A DNA stretch of 64,000 nt from NCBI GenBank assembly GCA_016748015.1, contig JAAOMT010000777.1, positions 315,209-379,208 of the forward strand, read 5' to 3'. The notes under the pieces are model-generated. The model was not told the DNA's origin. It was given only the letters and a program-made list of their open reading frames with translations, and made no database searches. Position 1 is the stretch's first letter; every line of letters begins with the position of its first letter. The translations under genes were made by a program, and so were the position numbers. Origin of the DNA: Geosiphon pyriformis uo1 (lineage: Eukaryota; Fungi; Glomeromycota). Below, one piece after another: positions 51,401 to 64,000 of the stretch.

Positions 51401-52446
51401 TGGATCTAAGTTAGGTGGTTGTGGTGGCTGTTGAAGCAGTTGTTGTTGTCCTGGCTGTTGAGGTGGTAGCTGAAGTGGCTGCTGTATGGGTTCGGCTATG
51501 GAATTAATCGGCGGTTGATTGATAACAATTACTGGAGATAAGTTTTGCTGATTAATTAATTCAGGTTTTTGATTTCTTTAATTTGGTGGTGTTCGAATAT
51601 TTGGAGTTTTGATTTCTGGATTTTCTAACTGTTGCTGAGTTTGAAAGTTTGGGGTTTCAACTTCTGGGTTTTCAGTGATCGGGTGCTGGTAAGTGAATTT
51701 TTGATCTTCTGATTCTTCTTTCTTCTTTTCTGATTCCGCTGCTTCCCATGGATCAGAGATTCCAAAATCTGGTAGAGGTGGGAATGATCGAAGTCCTGAT
51801 GGGATTGATGATCGCGAATTAAATCCCTCAAAGTATTCGCTGTATGGTCCTAACAATTCTGTTTTCTTTTGTTTACTTTGGAATAGGAATCATCCAAATG
51901 TTGATGTCACAGTTGATGGAAATGCGTCTGTTAATGATATGTTGATGGCACTTCTAGGTGTATAGTGATAGGATAGATTGCTTGGAGATTCAACTCTGTT
52001 TTTCTTCCAAGCAGGTGGCTGTATTTTTCTGGGTGTTACTGCTGGTGTTTGTAATTTTCCCTTGCCTTTACTAGCATATGTAATTGGATATCTTTGTTGA
52101 GTGTGGTGTTCAATTTCTTTGTTGATCTCAGTGATGATGGATGCAAAATTATGGTTTGTTGGTAGGTTGATGTTTTGAATTAATTCCTTATAGAAAGTTT
52201 CTCTTGCTGATTTAATATTCACTGGTGTTCCTAATAAAGAGAAAATCTTTTTGTTAATGTAGAAATTGAAGGCTGATTTGGTGGATATATGATTGTGGTT
52301 TAATCCCAAGTATTGACAATAGTGTTGAAATAAGGATTTTGCAAATCCTAAATGGTTTGCTCCTATAATTTCTGATTCTGCCACTTTTAATTTGGTGTTG
52401 TTGGTGTTGGTTCTCTGTAGGATTATACCTTACAGAGAGCACCAAA

Positions 52447-53329
52447 TGTTACAAGTGATTATTTTTGTTGTGGAATTGAGTAACAAACCCGTAACTTAGT
52501 GCTCAAAAGCTACTTTTGTGAATGATGTGCAGAAGGTATGATATTTGAAGGTTTTGGTTGATCTGAAGGTTTTTGTTGTGGAGTTCTTTGTATAATAGAC
52601 AGAGATTCAATAAGATTGATAGTGGTTGTATCCTCAAGTGGTTTTCCCAATTTCTTTCTCAGCGTAGTGGCCAGATTTAGTCTGGCAGTCATGCTCTTCT
52701 GGTAAGCTATCTGATAATATATATAAAATCCTACTCTTATTTCTGGGTCTTTTACCAGGCTATTCTTGACGTCAATAACTCAGTGCTTAATCTTTTAATC
52801 AATTAGTATACAACAACAAAATCAAAGAAAGAAAGGAAATAAAATAAAAAAAATAAAAATAAAAAAAATAAGCCAAGGCAATTTGGTCTGTTAGTATCTT
52901 GTTAATAGCCGTAATCAAGAGCTATTGTTCCAACGTGGTTAAGTAGCAATTACTATTAACATGAAGTGTTAATAGTGAATAGTGGATTGAGATATGGAAT
53001 AATTATTTATTTGATGATTGGTTTCTTGGCTAAAGATTTTGTGGTATCGATTCTGTTTTTTCTGTTTCTAACACTACTGCTATATATACATAATTGGGAT
53101 TCCTCAATTCCTCAATTCTTCACGACAGGAATCCTGGAATTCTGGAATCCTACAATTCCTTATTGGGAATCCTGAAATTCCTGGAATCCTGCAATTCCTC
53201 GTTGGAAATCCTGAAATTCCTGAAATCCTGCAATTCCTAAGAGGAATCCTGAAATTCCACATTTACTATGCTTACTTCTGATTGGCTAATAATTATGCTA
53301 ATATATTTCCTATATTTTTATGAGTAACA
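52447..53329 (-). repeat. 5' LTR of the full-length Ty3/Gypsy element (883 bp)
   Basis: Followed on the element strand by TT-TGGTGCTCTCTGTAAGG (PBS-like, starts TGG). Confidence 0.92.
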
Positions 53330-55099
53330 ATGTTTTATACTTGTAACTTTAATACTATTTGTTTTCATATGAAAAAAATTTTATTGTTTGTAATCTCAAT
53401 CTACACTAATAGTTCTGTTAAAAACTTTAGTTTTTTTGGTGCAGTTAAAAGTACTGCCACATATTTTTCTAATATGAATTTAAATATGAAGATTAAAGTT
53501 CATGGTTTATTTTTTTTTACTTTGGCTAAAATACAAACTATAGTGTTAATTCTTAAATATATTTTAGTTTGTTTTAATGTTACAATTTTTTTAAACAGTC
53601 AAGCTTTTATAGATGTATGTTAAACAAAGTTAAAACTAAAGACATTTGATTTTTGCAACAAATGTTAGATTAAAAAGTGTTATATTAATAATTTAGTCAA
53701 AGACAAAAATATTTCTGTAAGATAAACTAAGATAAAAGATCATTTTAGTGTGTTAAACAATAATATAGCTGATAAATTAGCTAACAGAACTACATCTTTG
53801 AAGCTTGTTTTACCAGTTAACAGTAGAAAATATTTCTTAAAAGTTAATAAAAGAGTGTTGTCTGACAATACTTAGCATTTTATTAAAACAGTTTGTAATA
53901 CTATAAGGCATTTTTAATGAAAATTTGGATCTAATTTTAATGTAGTAGATTCTTTACATGTTGAAAACATAAATTAAAAGCTTATTATTTTGGTTTTGCA
54001 ATTTGATTCTTACATAGTAGTTAAATACACAAGCAGACAAACTGTTAACTTATATATATATTTGATAAAAGCACTACATAATAAATTGTCTATGACAATT
54101 AAGAAGTACTTATATAATTACAATTATCTAAATATGTTGTATAGTAACAAGATGAAATTTTTGGATTATAGTTTTGTTTGTAGTTTAAACTTGTCTCTTA
54201 TTAAGATCTGCTAAAAAAATGCTTATTTTTTGACTGATACTACTTTGGTTATATTAGAAATTTTTTAGTTATTGGCTTTATGTATTTTTGATATATGTTT
54301 GTACATACTATTATATAAGAGATTTGTGTTTAATAGTTGGTTAGTAAAAACCAAGACTTTTTTTAAGAATACTAATTTTGTTACAAATAAGTTGGTTAAA
54401 TTTGTTCAAAAGTTAGTTATTAATTACAAAAAATGAATTTGAATATTTAATTTAAAGCTTTGAACTAATATGAATTGTAGAAATTTGTTACAAAAAGATA
54501 GTTTTTTGCTTGATATTATTCATGGCCTTTCTGTTAAAGTTTTAAGTAATGTTGCTTAGTTGTTAAGAATTAAAGAAGATTATATAGTTAGTTTTGGTTT
54601 AAGAATAGATAATTTGTTTTTTGTTAACATAGCTAAAAAAGTTATAATTAATATAGTTACATAATATAACTTTAATTGGCCAAATGACTGGTTACATATA
54701 GCAAGTATGTAATTTATATCTAATTTAAAATTCTATTATTAAATTTTACTTATAAATACAATAAATAAATAAAAAATGATTAATAAATTTTTTTAAACAG
54801 AATATATAAAATATAATAATAAATTAAAAATATTAAAGATTTAATAATAAAATCAATGATATATATAAATAGTTTAATTAATTTTTATTTAGATTTTAAT
54901 TATTAAATTTTAAAATTTATAATTATTTTAAATAATAATATAATTAAACATATATAATAAAATTTTTAAAATATTGAATTAAGTTTTATTAATTTATTTA
55001 TTAATTTAAAAATAAGTTTTTAATTATAATTTTAAGTTTTTATATAAAAGTTTATTTAAATATAAAATTAGAATAAATTAATAATAATAATAATAATAA

Positions 55100-58000
55100 T
55101 ATTTTTTTATTTTATTTTATTTTATGAGTGCAGCCCAACCACTATCTAAGTACATAAATCAAACGAGGATCTAAATTAAGCATGGCTCACGCATTTTTTA
55201 CATGTAACCAGCCACTCGGGCTAATCAAAGCAACACTACACACCTACACAGCCTATAACAAGAACCCCATTCAGGAAACCAAAATCTAAACTAGACAAAC
55301 ATAGATACAGCCCAAAACTAACATGTATGCCTAATTTAATACCAAAACCACAGATAACATCAGATGACCACAAGAAAGACAGACTTGAAACTGAGGGAAT
55401 CAAAGAACCATCACGTGGCAAAAAATCATGTTTCTTATAATACACCCTCAGCTTAGCAGCAGACAACCATATAAAAGAACAATGATTCTCAGCAAAATGT
55501 CAAACAAACTTGACAACAAACACACCATCATCAGAATTAGCACCCAACCAGTAACACACGTTGTTACGGAATGGTTTTCTTGTTATATTTAATTGCTGAT
55601 ATCCCGCTTTAATTGCAATCAGTCTTTCGTGAGTTCCTCAATTCTATTTGTGTGATAATGTCACTGTTACACTGAAGGCTTTCTTTTTACTGTTGCAATG
55701 TAAGTTATTCTTTAATTCTTGATTGTTGTGTGTGTTTATGTACTCCTTNNNNNNNNNNNNNNNNNNNNNNNNNNNNNNNNNNNNNNNNNNNNNNNNNNNN
55801 NNNNNNNNNNNNNNNNNNNNNNNNNNNNNNNNNNNNNNNNNNNNNNNNNNNNNNNNNNNNNNNNNNNNNNNNNNNNNNNNNNNNNNNNNNNNNNNNNNNN
55901 NNNNNNNNNNNNNNNNNNNNNNNNNNNNNNNNNNNNNNNNNNNNNNNNNNNNNNNNNNNNNNNNNNNNNNNNNNNNNNNNNNNNNNNNNNNNNNNNNNNN
56001 NNNNNNNNNNNNNNNNNNNNNNNNNNNNNNNNNNNNNNNNNNNNNNNNNNGTATACATAGCAGTGATTGGGCATTTTTTGTCCAATGCTGCTCCACTGAA
56101 CATAGTCTCGTTTTCTTCTAATTCAAAAGGAAAATAGCTGTGAGGCTGCTATTTTCAGTGGCAACTGCTGGTGGTATTGTCTGGCTCAATTTGGAGGAAT
56201 TCTTAGTTCTGTTTATGTTTCTACTGTCATTGTTTCCGATGATCAGGTTTTCCGGTATATTAAGGTAAGTTTGTTGATAATTTTGGTAGTTTGGATTGGT
56301 TTGCTGATTGGTTCTGGCGCGGTTTGGATTCCTCTGGACCAACACGTTCTGGTTCCACATGGGCTGATTTCGGGCCTCGGGATGCCAATTCGGGTTGGCT
56401 ATCATGGGCTGTTGCTGGTAAGCTCTTTGATTTTGATATGTGGTGGGATATTGGCATGGTATTGGCGTGTACTGGTTTCTGAGCATTTGGGGTGGCGCGT
56501 AGTAATTATTTTCGCGTGCTTTCTGCATCATTTGCGTTCGACATTGACTAATCAAATGTCCTACACGTTTGCAAAAATGGCAGGCGCGTGTTTCTGTTCT
56601 GAATTCCTGGTGCGACGGGCGATTATTTCGACTGTCGCTGACTTCCTGGCTGCGTCTTTGGGGTGGTTGGTATGTATTTTTTCTCGGATCCGGGATGAGG
56701 TAACTTTCTATTTTCTTAGAGAGTTCCTCCCCTAATCGTGTTACTCTTTTCTCTAATGTTTCTGTCTTATTTTCCTCCATTACCATGTTAACCATTTGAC
56801 TATGGTTAGCTTCTTTCTCAGCCGATTCAAGGGCTCTGGCGAGCGTAACGGCTTCTGGTAAGGAATTAGGGTGGGCAGGGCGTACTCTTCCTAAAATGCT
56901 GCTTTTTAATCCTCTAATAAACTGATTTAAAACCTGANNNNNNNNNNNNNNNNNNNNAATTTCCAGTGTATCCGGAGTCAATTACTCTTCCTTGAACGCT
57001 TATTCCTTTTTTTGCGAGGCTTGATCGCGACGCCATTTGAACCATTATTCCTGGCGGAATTTCAACCGCTAATTTTAGGTCGATTTTGGTGATGCTCCTG
57101 GGTGGTAACGTTGTGGATTGGTCTTCCGAATAACATAGATCGAATCCGGCGTCGGTTGGATGGGCTCTTTCGGGTATTATTCCTAAGTGCTCATTGTCGA
57201 AGTATCGGATGTCGGTCACCTGTTCTAGGTCGGTATAGGCTACAAATTTTTCTGACTCAGGACCGTCAGGTGAGTCTTGTTGATTTATTGATTGATTTTG
57301 AGACTGCTGATTCTCAATTTCCATTTTTTTTTCTAAGTCCCTTTCGTCTTAACACTCTTCACAGCACTGACTTTGGCATGGGATGAGACAGTTTTCGCAG
57401 AGGTAAGTGTTAATTTGGGCGAGGTATTGTTCTTGCTCTTGTCGAGTGGGGCATAATTGTTGGTAGTAGTCCTGAAATTCGTCCACTGGGTCGAACATGT
57501 TGTAGCTGGTGACTTCGTTGGCTACTTCAGCTGACTCTTTCCAACGTCGTATTTCTTCGGCGGTTCCTCCTCTTACTTTGGCTTGTGCGGTGTTGTACAA
57601 CTCATCCTCGTCGTGTGGGTAGTGCTGTAGTCTTTTTAACGCTCTGTTGAACGCTGCTTCGAACAGTGTTCCTCCTCTTACCCAGTCACAGATGAGGATC
57701 GTGTATTGGCAAGTTGCGTCACACGTTCCTCCTCTGTCTGGTAAGTCGTTCCAGTCGCACCCTCTTGGTAACAGTTCTCCACAAGTGAGGCATGGTTCCT
57801 TGTCCCATTTTCCGTGTCTTTCTGGGTAACCGTATTTTTCTTTGTTACAATGGTTACAATAGTAGTGGGTGGGGTTTCTTGGGTCTTTGTCCGGTGTGCT
57901 GCACGCAGTCATAGACGAGAGTTTCTTCTTGCAAACCGAGCATTCTAGCTTTGGTCTGCGTCACTGGTGGTTTCTTCGTGAACTTACCTGGTTCCATTCG

Positions 58001-61000
58001 GATCTTTCTTCACTGGTCCACGTTGGTACGGCTGGTAGTCCTGTTCTTTGGTCATCAGCCCAAGAGAGCTGATAGGTTTCGATGGCTGGTAGTGCTGGAT
58101 TTTCCTCAAATTCGAAGGTAGGTCTTTGGTTGGCGCTGGGTTTTTGGAAGTGGCCACAGATGGCTGGAATTTTGGCCTGGTGGCCATTATAATTGATCAG
58201 AAGCTCTTGGGTGGTCCAGTCTAGGGTGGCGTTGGCTTTTGTTAGCCAGTCATTCCCTACTAATGCTTGATATTGTGTAGTGTCCATTACTAATACTTTT
58301 GTAGGTATTACTATGCCATTAATTTCGAAAGGGAATGAGTCGATTTCGTCATAAGGCAGCTTTGTACTTCCATCAGCTGTTATGATTTGGGACGTTGCAG
58401 CACGATCAACTTTGAAACCCAGTTGGTTTACTAGTTAAAGCGTTACAATGCTTCCAGCGGATCCACTGTCTAAGATAAGTTTGATTGGGATATTGTTTAC
58501 AGTGGCTTCCGTATACATAGCAGTGATTGGGCATTTTTTGTCCAATGCTGCTCCACTGAACATAGTCTCGTTTTCTTCTAATTCAAAAGGAAAATAGCTG
58601 TGAGGCTGCTATTTTCAGTGGCAACTGCTGGTGGTATTGTCTGGCTCAATTTGGAGGAATTCTTAGTTCTGTTTATGTTTCTACTGTCATTGTTTCCGAT
58701 GATCAGGTTTTCCGGTATATTAAGGTAAGTTTGTTGATAATTTTGGTAGTTTGGATTGGTTTGCTGATTGGTTCTGGCGCGGTTTGGATTCCTCTGGACC
58801 AACACGTTCTGGTTCCACATGGGCTGATTTCGGGCCTCGGGATGCCNNNNNNNNNNNNNNNNNNNNCTGACGGCGAATTCGATTGAATCGAGCAAGGTAT
58901 TGGGTGACAGTTTCACTGGTATTTTGCTTGATAGTATTGAATTCGTTCTGTAGTTGGATTACGGCGTTTGGGTTGCTAAAATACTCCAGGAGTGCATTTT
59001 TAAATTCGGCGAAGCTCATGGGTTTTGTTTCCAGGCTTTGATACCACGAGTCGGCTGTGCCTTTCAGGAAGAAAGGTAATGTTTGAATTGCTCTTTGGTC
59101 GTTCCAGTTATTTGCCTGGATGGCTTTTTGTGCTTCTTTGAGCCATGTGTGCACGTCCGTTTCTTCTTCCTCTCCTGAAAAATCTGTTAGTCTTGCAATG
59201 TATGGTGTGGTCATTTCGTTGCCATTTTCTGCTAGTGGGTTTATTGGTCTAAGAGGAGGTGGGATGATATTTCCTTGAGCGTTCCTAAAGGTGGCTTCCT
59301 TTATATCCGGTTCTTCCTCTTAATCACGAGTTTCTTGGTTTCTGGACTGGCTGCTTGTTCCAGTGACTGGTCTTGTGATTGTTTTTTCACTGGTCTCTTT
59401 TTCGGATTCTGATTCAGACTCCTCTTCACGGTTTTCAAACCCCGTTCTAAATTTTGGCTGAAAAAGAGGGTTTTGGAATAGTGATGAATATCCTCCTGTA
59501 ATTGGTATGTCTCCTCAGTTATGTTGTTTAATTTTATCAATATAACTAGGAATTCTTGGCGTTTGTGGAGTTGATGTTGATGATGATGCAGCTCCTAATG
59601 GAATTTGTATCTTATTTTCTGGTGAAAAATGGTATGATTTATCTTCTGGTGAATAAATACGTTGTTTCTTTATTGATTAAGTGACAGTTTTCTTTGGCGT
59701 TTGAGCTGGTGTTCCTAGTTTTTGCTGGTTACTTTCCTGATTAGTTTCTAAATTTTCTTTGGTTTTGTTGGTGCGTTCCCTAGTGTTTCCTGTGGATATT
59801 GGAAAATTTTTGTTGGCGTATTGCTCAATTTCTCGATGGATTTTGACAATAGTTGCGGCTATTACTGCTACTTCTTTTGTAGTGTATTGTGATAATTTTC
59901 TATACAATCCAAGTTNNNNNNNNNNNNNNNNNNNNNNNNNNNNNNNNNNNNNNNNNNNNNNNNNNNNNNNNNNNNNNNNNNNNNNNNNNNNNNNNNNNNN
60001 NNNNNNNNNNNNNNNNNNNNNNNNNNNNNNNNNNNNNNNNNNNNNNNNNNNNNNNNNNNNNNNNNNNNNNNNNGAGAAAATACTTTCTTTTTGATATTTC
60101 AACCTGGTGCTTGCTGCTATCACCAGTTGGTGTTGGCTGCTATTGTGAACTGGTGCTTGCCACTATCGTGAGATGGTGTTTGCTACTATGTTAATCATTA
60201 CCTTTCTAAGATTATTACTGTGCTATATTATGATTGAATAGTTTGTATTATTTTTATGATTCTTTTTGCTAAATTCTTAAATCGTAACAACGTTATCAAC
60301 CCAAGATTTTAACACAAAACCTTTAGCTAGTGCTATATACAGCTCAGTAGACACACCCGCCATTCCCAAAAAACAAAAAACCACACCACCATCAGCACAA
60401 ACACCCAATAAGTCAGCCCAATCAAGAGCAGCAGCAGACAGCAACTCCTTCCTAGCATTGTTATCAGAAAGGCAGGAGAAAGTGTGATCAGAATTCTCCA
60501 ACAAGCCACACCTGATGCAAGCAACACTCGGATACTTAGAATTATACAATCTTTTCCTGGCAGCCACCAGCAAATGACAGTGCAGTGCTTTTATAAAATA
60601 TGAGTGGAGCAAAGCCGACGTCGAGCTGGTAAAGCCAGAGCCAATCTTGCCATCGGAATGCCAAACACTAAAAGTCCTAGCCCTGTCAAAATCATCATAG
60701 GGAATTGCATCCACAAAAACACCCACATATCTGGCTTCCCAACCAACAAAGTTAACCGCATTGAATAAAGCCTTAACAAATTGGTGAGCATTTCCAGAAA
60801 CAGGCCTTCCTTCCACTCTGAGAAAATAAAAAGGCACCACAGGGGTCAAAATAAAGCTAGAGATAACAGCAGAATTGGTGTAGAAATTGGCACACTCATT
60901 TCCAACATCACCAGAATGGCCCTTGACCTTATTCCAAGTAACTGATAAACTTTTTTTAGAAATAATTTGACTAATATATTCCTTCTCAATCCAACATTTA

Positions 61001-62776
61001 TTCCAAAAATCAGGACCAAACCCACCAAACCTAAAGCAGCACATGTCAAGTGACACTTGACTGTCCGTAAACAACACAACCAAACTAGAACCAGGCACAC
61101 ATTCCAATGCTAGAGCAATAGCTTGCAGCTCCACCAAGATCAAAGAAAGCAACCCATTAACACTGACTCCAATGCTGGCATTAACTCCAGGAAAGTAAGC
61201 AGCCACACCTCCACAAGCACTCACTGAACCCATACATTTGACAGACCCATCCGTGTAAATAGTTACAGGATCCAAACCAGAAGCCAACAATTGGGTATGA
61301 ACATAACTAAAGTCACAAGAAACACCAGCTGAAGTGAGACAAAAAGGCACAAACCCACCACCCAACAAACCACCAGCACTGACAAAATTGACCAGAGTAA
61401 ACCAAGCAGAAACCAGGTCTCTGGGGTCCAGTCTCTTCTATTGGTGAAAGGTGTTCCAGGAAAAACAGGAACCATTGTGGTCCAGAATCTGGTTTACAAA
61501 CACTACACCATATTGTCTAAGATGCTTTGACACACACAAATAAGAATCAGAGCCCAATACATCTAGGACTATCACACCACCACCAGCCTGAAAGACATCA
61601 AACATATCACCATCCAGGGACAGGTTGCATAAAACAAGGGCACGTGTCATACCAGACAGAAAGCAGTTCATTGAATCTATCAGCAGTCTGATCGAAAACT
61701 GGAGAGGGTGCCTGGGCATTCAACTAGCGGTCTGCAAATCCATTACCCTATGATCGAACAATCTGCCAAGAATTCCACCAGCATTAGCAAAACTAATTAA
61801 ACTAGCCAGAAGATTCTCAGTAAGCACTTGGTCAAAAGTTCTTAAACCAAACAACTCAGGATGATGTAATGCATCACTAGGAAAGTCCTTAGGCAAGTTC
61901 GCTTTAAGCTTCAAGCCTTTTCTCAACATAACATCTTACCTATCACAGACACTCTTCAAAACACAACTAAACTGAAGCCTGTAGGAAACAATAGGCTGGA
62001 AAATAGCAGAAACCAAGTACAAAAATTGCTTTTCAGTGATGGTCTTCCTTAAAACCACATTCAAAAAAAATCTGACATTTGAATGGGCTTTGGCCAAGCT
62101 TGGTTTGGACAAGCCATCAGACGAAATAAAAATTCCTAAGTACCAATGAGATTCCTTCCTTTTCGCAACTAAGATATTAGAACCACTAATAGAAAGTGAT
62201 ACATCTTTGACTCCTTGGTTGATAAGAATAGCAACTGTTTTACTAGCATTAATAGATATGTCATTGACTGAAAAAAACTCACTCACAATGTCCAATATCT
62301 TCTGTGTAGTAGATAAGCAGTTACCAACCCAAATGGTGTTATCAACAAAAGCACTGGCTGCAAAGTATGAAGTCAAACCACTCCAAGCATCCATCTTACC
62401 AGTCTTAGTAAAAAATTTTGAACTCAATCTGTACCTATACAATTGCTCATGTCTTTTTACCTCACAAAGTAAGGGGTCATAAAAAATCCTCCACAACAGC
62501 AGTAAAAACACCTCACTTTGATCTAAGCCATCATGAACAATATATCTACTAGTGAGCCCAAAATCAGTCATCACCTAATTGGTCCAACCATTGTGTATAT
62601 CTCCAAAAAACTTAATGAAGCAAAGGCACATTTTGATCCTAGCCAGACTGGCTTTAAAGTAGAACCAATCAACTGAGTCATAAGTCTTATGCATATCTTG
62701 AAGAACTAACTAAAGCTCTCTATTCTTCTCCAAAGCATCCTCAATTATTGAACCAATAGCAAAAATAAGAGTCTGT
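55100..62776 (-). mobile_element. LINE C: non-LTR retrotransposon ORF2 (RT, RNase H, CCHC) and 3' UTR, interrupted at 55562-60289 and at 62777
   Basis: ASAFVDNTIW, TIYTDGS, VELQAIALALE, LFTDSQ, KVKGHSGDVGNE and CIRCGLLENSDHTFSC are present. The reading continues ...SWVDNV/CYWLG across the insertion. An A-rich tail (ATAAA)n lies at about 55101-55125. Confidence 0.9.
55562..60289 (-). mobile_element. Second, younger dUTPase-bearing Ty3/Gypsy element, collapsed and scrambled by assembly gaps, inserted in LINE C
   Basis: Termini TGTTACG...CGTAACA with TSD ACGT (55558-55561, 60290-60293). Domains: gag (WLKEAQKAIQANNWND, CHFCKRVGHLISQC), protease IKLILDSGS, Cys-rich region and dUTPase AHPTDAGFDL..SRSSLA..VIDSGYTG. 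N gaps lie at 55749-56050, about 56938, about 58847 and 59915-60073; RT and IN are not represented. Confidence 0.88.
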
Positions 62777-63090
62777 TGTTACCAGAGGTTTTTGGTCTCT
62801 TTTCTGTAATGTTGTTGATACTTATTTGCTGCGAATTCACGTTTTCTGGATGTGGTTGAACCTCCAGTAACTGAATTTATTTTCAAATTATTTCCTATAA
62901 TTTGAACTTGCTGGGCTTATGAGTGGAATGGCCAATTCCATGCCAGTTGCTTTATGTAGTTATGTTGTAGTAAACGTCAACTCTTTCCCAGGAATTGCTC
63001 GTCTGGAAGCTTACTAAAAATGTGTAGTTACTTTGCTGTGAAAGTCAACTCTTCTATAGGAATCTCGTTTGTAGGCTACCCTAATGATTG

Positions 63091-63121
<31 letters not shown>

Positions 63122-64000
63122 AAATGTAAAAAAAATAGAATTCTGTCAAAAGAAATGTTTTCTATCCAGGCCTAGAATCACTAACAGTTTACTGAAATTG
63201 GTAGCTAATCAATTTCAAAACATTAGTTGGGTTTTAAGAATTTTCCAAGTGCAATAATTAAAAAATTTGGTTTTTCAAATTATTTGATATTTATTTTTTT
63301 TTGTGTGTGTAGGAATGGTTCTAAGTGATAAATCTAAAGTAAGATACATTTTTTTGAAGAGAGAAGCTCTTTTTTTATACAACTTGTCGTAATACTATTC
63401 TATGAACTTGAACTTTGCTTTTTTCTACAATTTCGCCGAACTAAAGATACATTTCGGTAAACTACAAGTTATTTCTGCAAACTATTAGATATTTTGGTAA
63501 ACTATCAATTATTTCGGCGAATTTCTACAAATTTCGGCGAACTTCTGAATGTTACATAGTTTGGGGTATTGCATGATTGATCATCGCAATTAGGTTACAT
63601 TTGTGTTGTGTACAATTTGAGTTATTAATTAAATGATAATTTCGGACATTTTTTTTTTTTTTTTTTTTTTTTTTCTAATGTAATAAGTGATCATTTGGAA
63701 CGATAATATATGCTAATTAATGATAGGAATTATAAGATAATTTCATGCTAAATAATATCTCTAATTTTGTCTGGTAACATAATCTTCTCCTCAAAACTGA
63801 GCTCCGTCGAAGTCCAAGTACTGTTTGTCATTTCCAGATAATAATCCAAAATTATTGAAGAAATTTGGTCTGAAAATTGTTGAAATTTCAGTTCTGTGAG
63901 CTTTCCAATGTATTGAATCTTCAAAGGTTGAAAAATCGGGTTTTGTAGTATGTTTTTACAGGTGTGAAATAGGTCATAAAGTCTAAAAGCAGCTCTAAGC
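62777..64000 (-). mobile_element. 3' LTR (62777-63779), PPT and end of the extra ORF of a third LTR element, extending beyond the window and inserted in the LINE C RT
   Basis: 10-bp terminal inverted repeat TGTTACCAGA...TCTGGTAACA, with adjacent purine tract GAGGAGAAGA on the element strand. LINE C coding stops abruptly at 62776. Confidence 0.8.

Larger units (their letters stand above)
43105..53329 (-). mobile_element. Full-length decayed Ty3/Gypsy LTR retrotransposon: gag-PR-Cys-rich-dUTPase-RT-RH-IN-extra ORF
   Basis: Two LTRs with TG...CA ends and TSD ATGT (43101-43104, 53330-53333). Domains: gag (WLNDVEKAIIANGWND, CHYCGKQKHIQINC), protease LILDSGS, RT (MPFSLTN, YLDN), RNase H (VAYASRSL, VYTDHK) and integrase after RT-RH (CDDCQR, GIDL, NGLIERFN). 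There are many stops and frameshifts. Confidence 0.95.
30240..54780 (+). mobile_element. LINE A: old, heavily AT-mutated non-LTR retrotransposon, split into about 30240-30556, 38332-43104 and 53334-54780 by younger insertions
   Basis: Relic ORF1 (SSKILTTKIGDLESKM, homologous to LINE B) and ORF2 (endonuclease, RT and RNase H remnants colinear with LINE B) with many stops. The sequence is continuous across both insertions, and a 3' UTR motif lies at 54673-54701. Outer ends are approximate. Confidence 0.8.

Noticed and set aside
55644-56137. ORFs spanning N runs (also 24004-24319 and 59677-60194)
   Set aside because: They are artefacts of translating gaps.
56051-58846. Exact direct duplication (56051-56386 vs 58511-58846) and scrambled gag/dUTPase order in the second Ty3 element
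   Set aside because: Every junction coincides with an N gap, so this is most likely a scaffolding artefact of a multi-copy element rather than a real rearrangement.

Overview
This is eukaryotic, intron-rich, AT-rich fungal DNA. Gene and transposon style suggest Glomeromycotina/Mucoromycota, possibly Geosiphon-like; that assignment is an inference. The window has three zones. (1) 1-12.5 kb is a compact housekeeping block: tRNA ligase TRL1, RLI1/ABCE1, an alpha/beta-hydrolase, an 84-aa four-exon gene missed by the ORF track, tRNA 2'-phosphotransferase TPT1, and an unusual histone H2A with a long N-tail and an SPKK C-tail (plant H2A.W-like) under a promoter with three MCB boxes. (2) 16-29 kb is a secreted-peptide island. 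It holds three paralogous signal-peptide precursors made of 57-aa repeats cut by Lys-Arg (Kex2-type) sites, two of them in the arms of a near-perfect 1.6-1.8 kb inverted repeat. It also holds a divergently transcribed small KR-processed peptide gene, another secreted protein and a multi-pass membrane protein. (3) 30-64 kb is a nest of retroelements. Three RNase H-containing LINEs of very different decay states host a solo LTR, a full-length Ty3/Gypsy element (dUTPase, Cys-rich domain, extra 3' ORF), a second gapped dUTPase-bearing Ty3/Gypsy and the 3' LTR of a third. Exon boundaries, TSDs and alignments were read by eye and no database searches were run.
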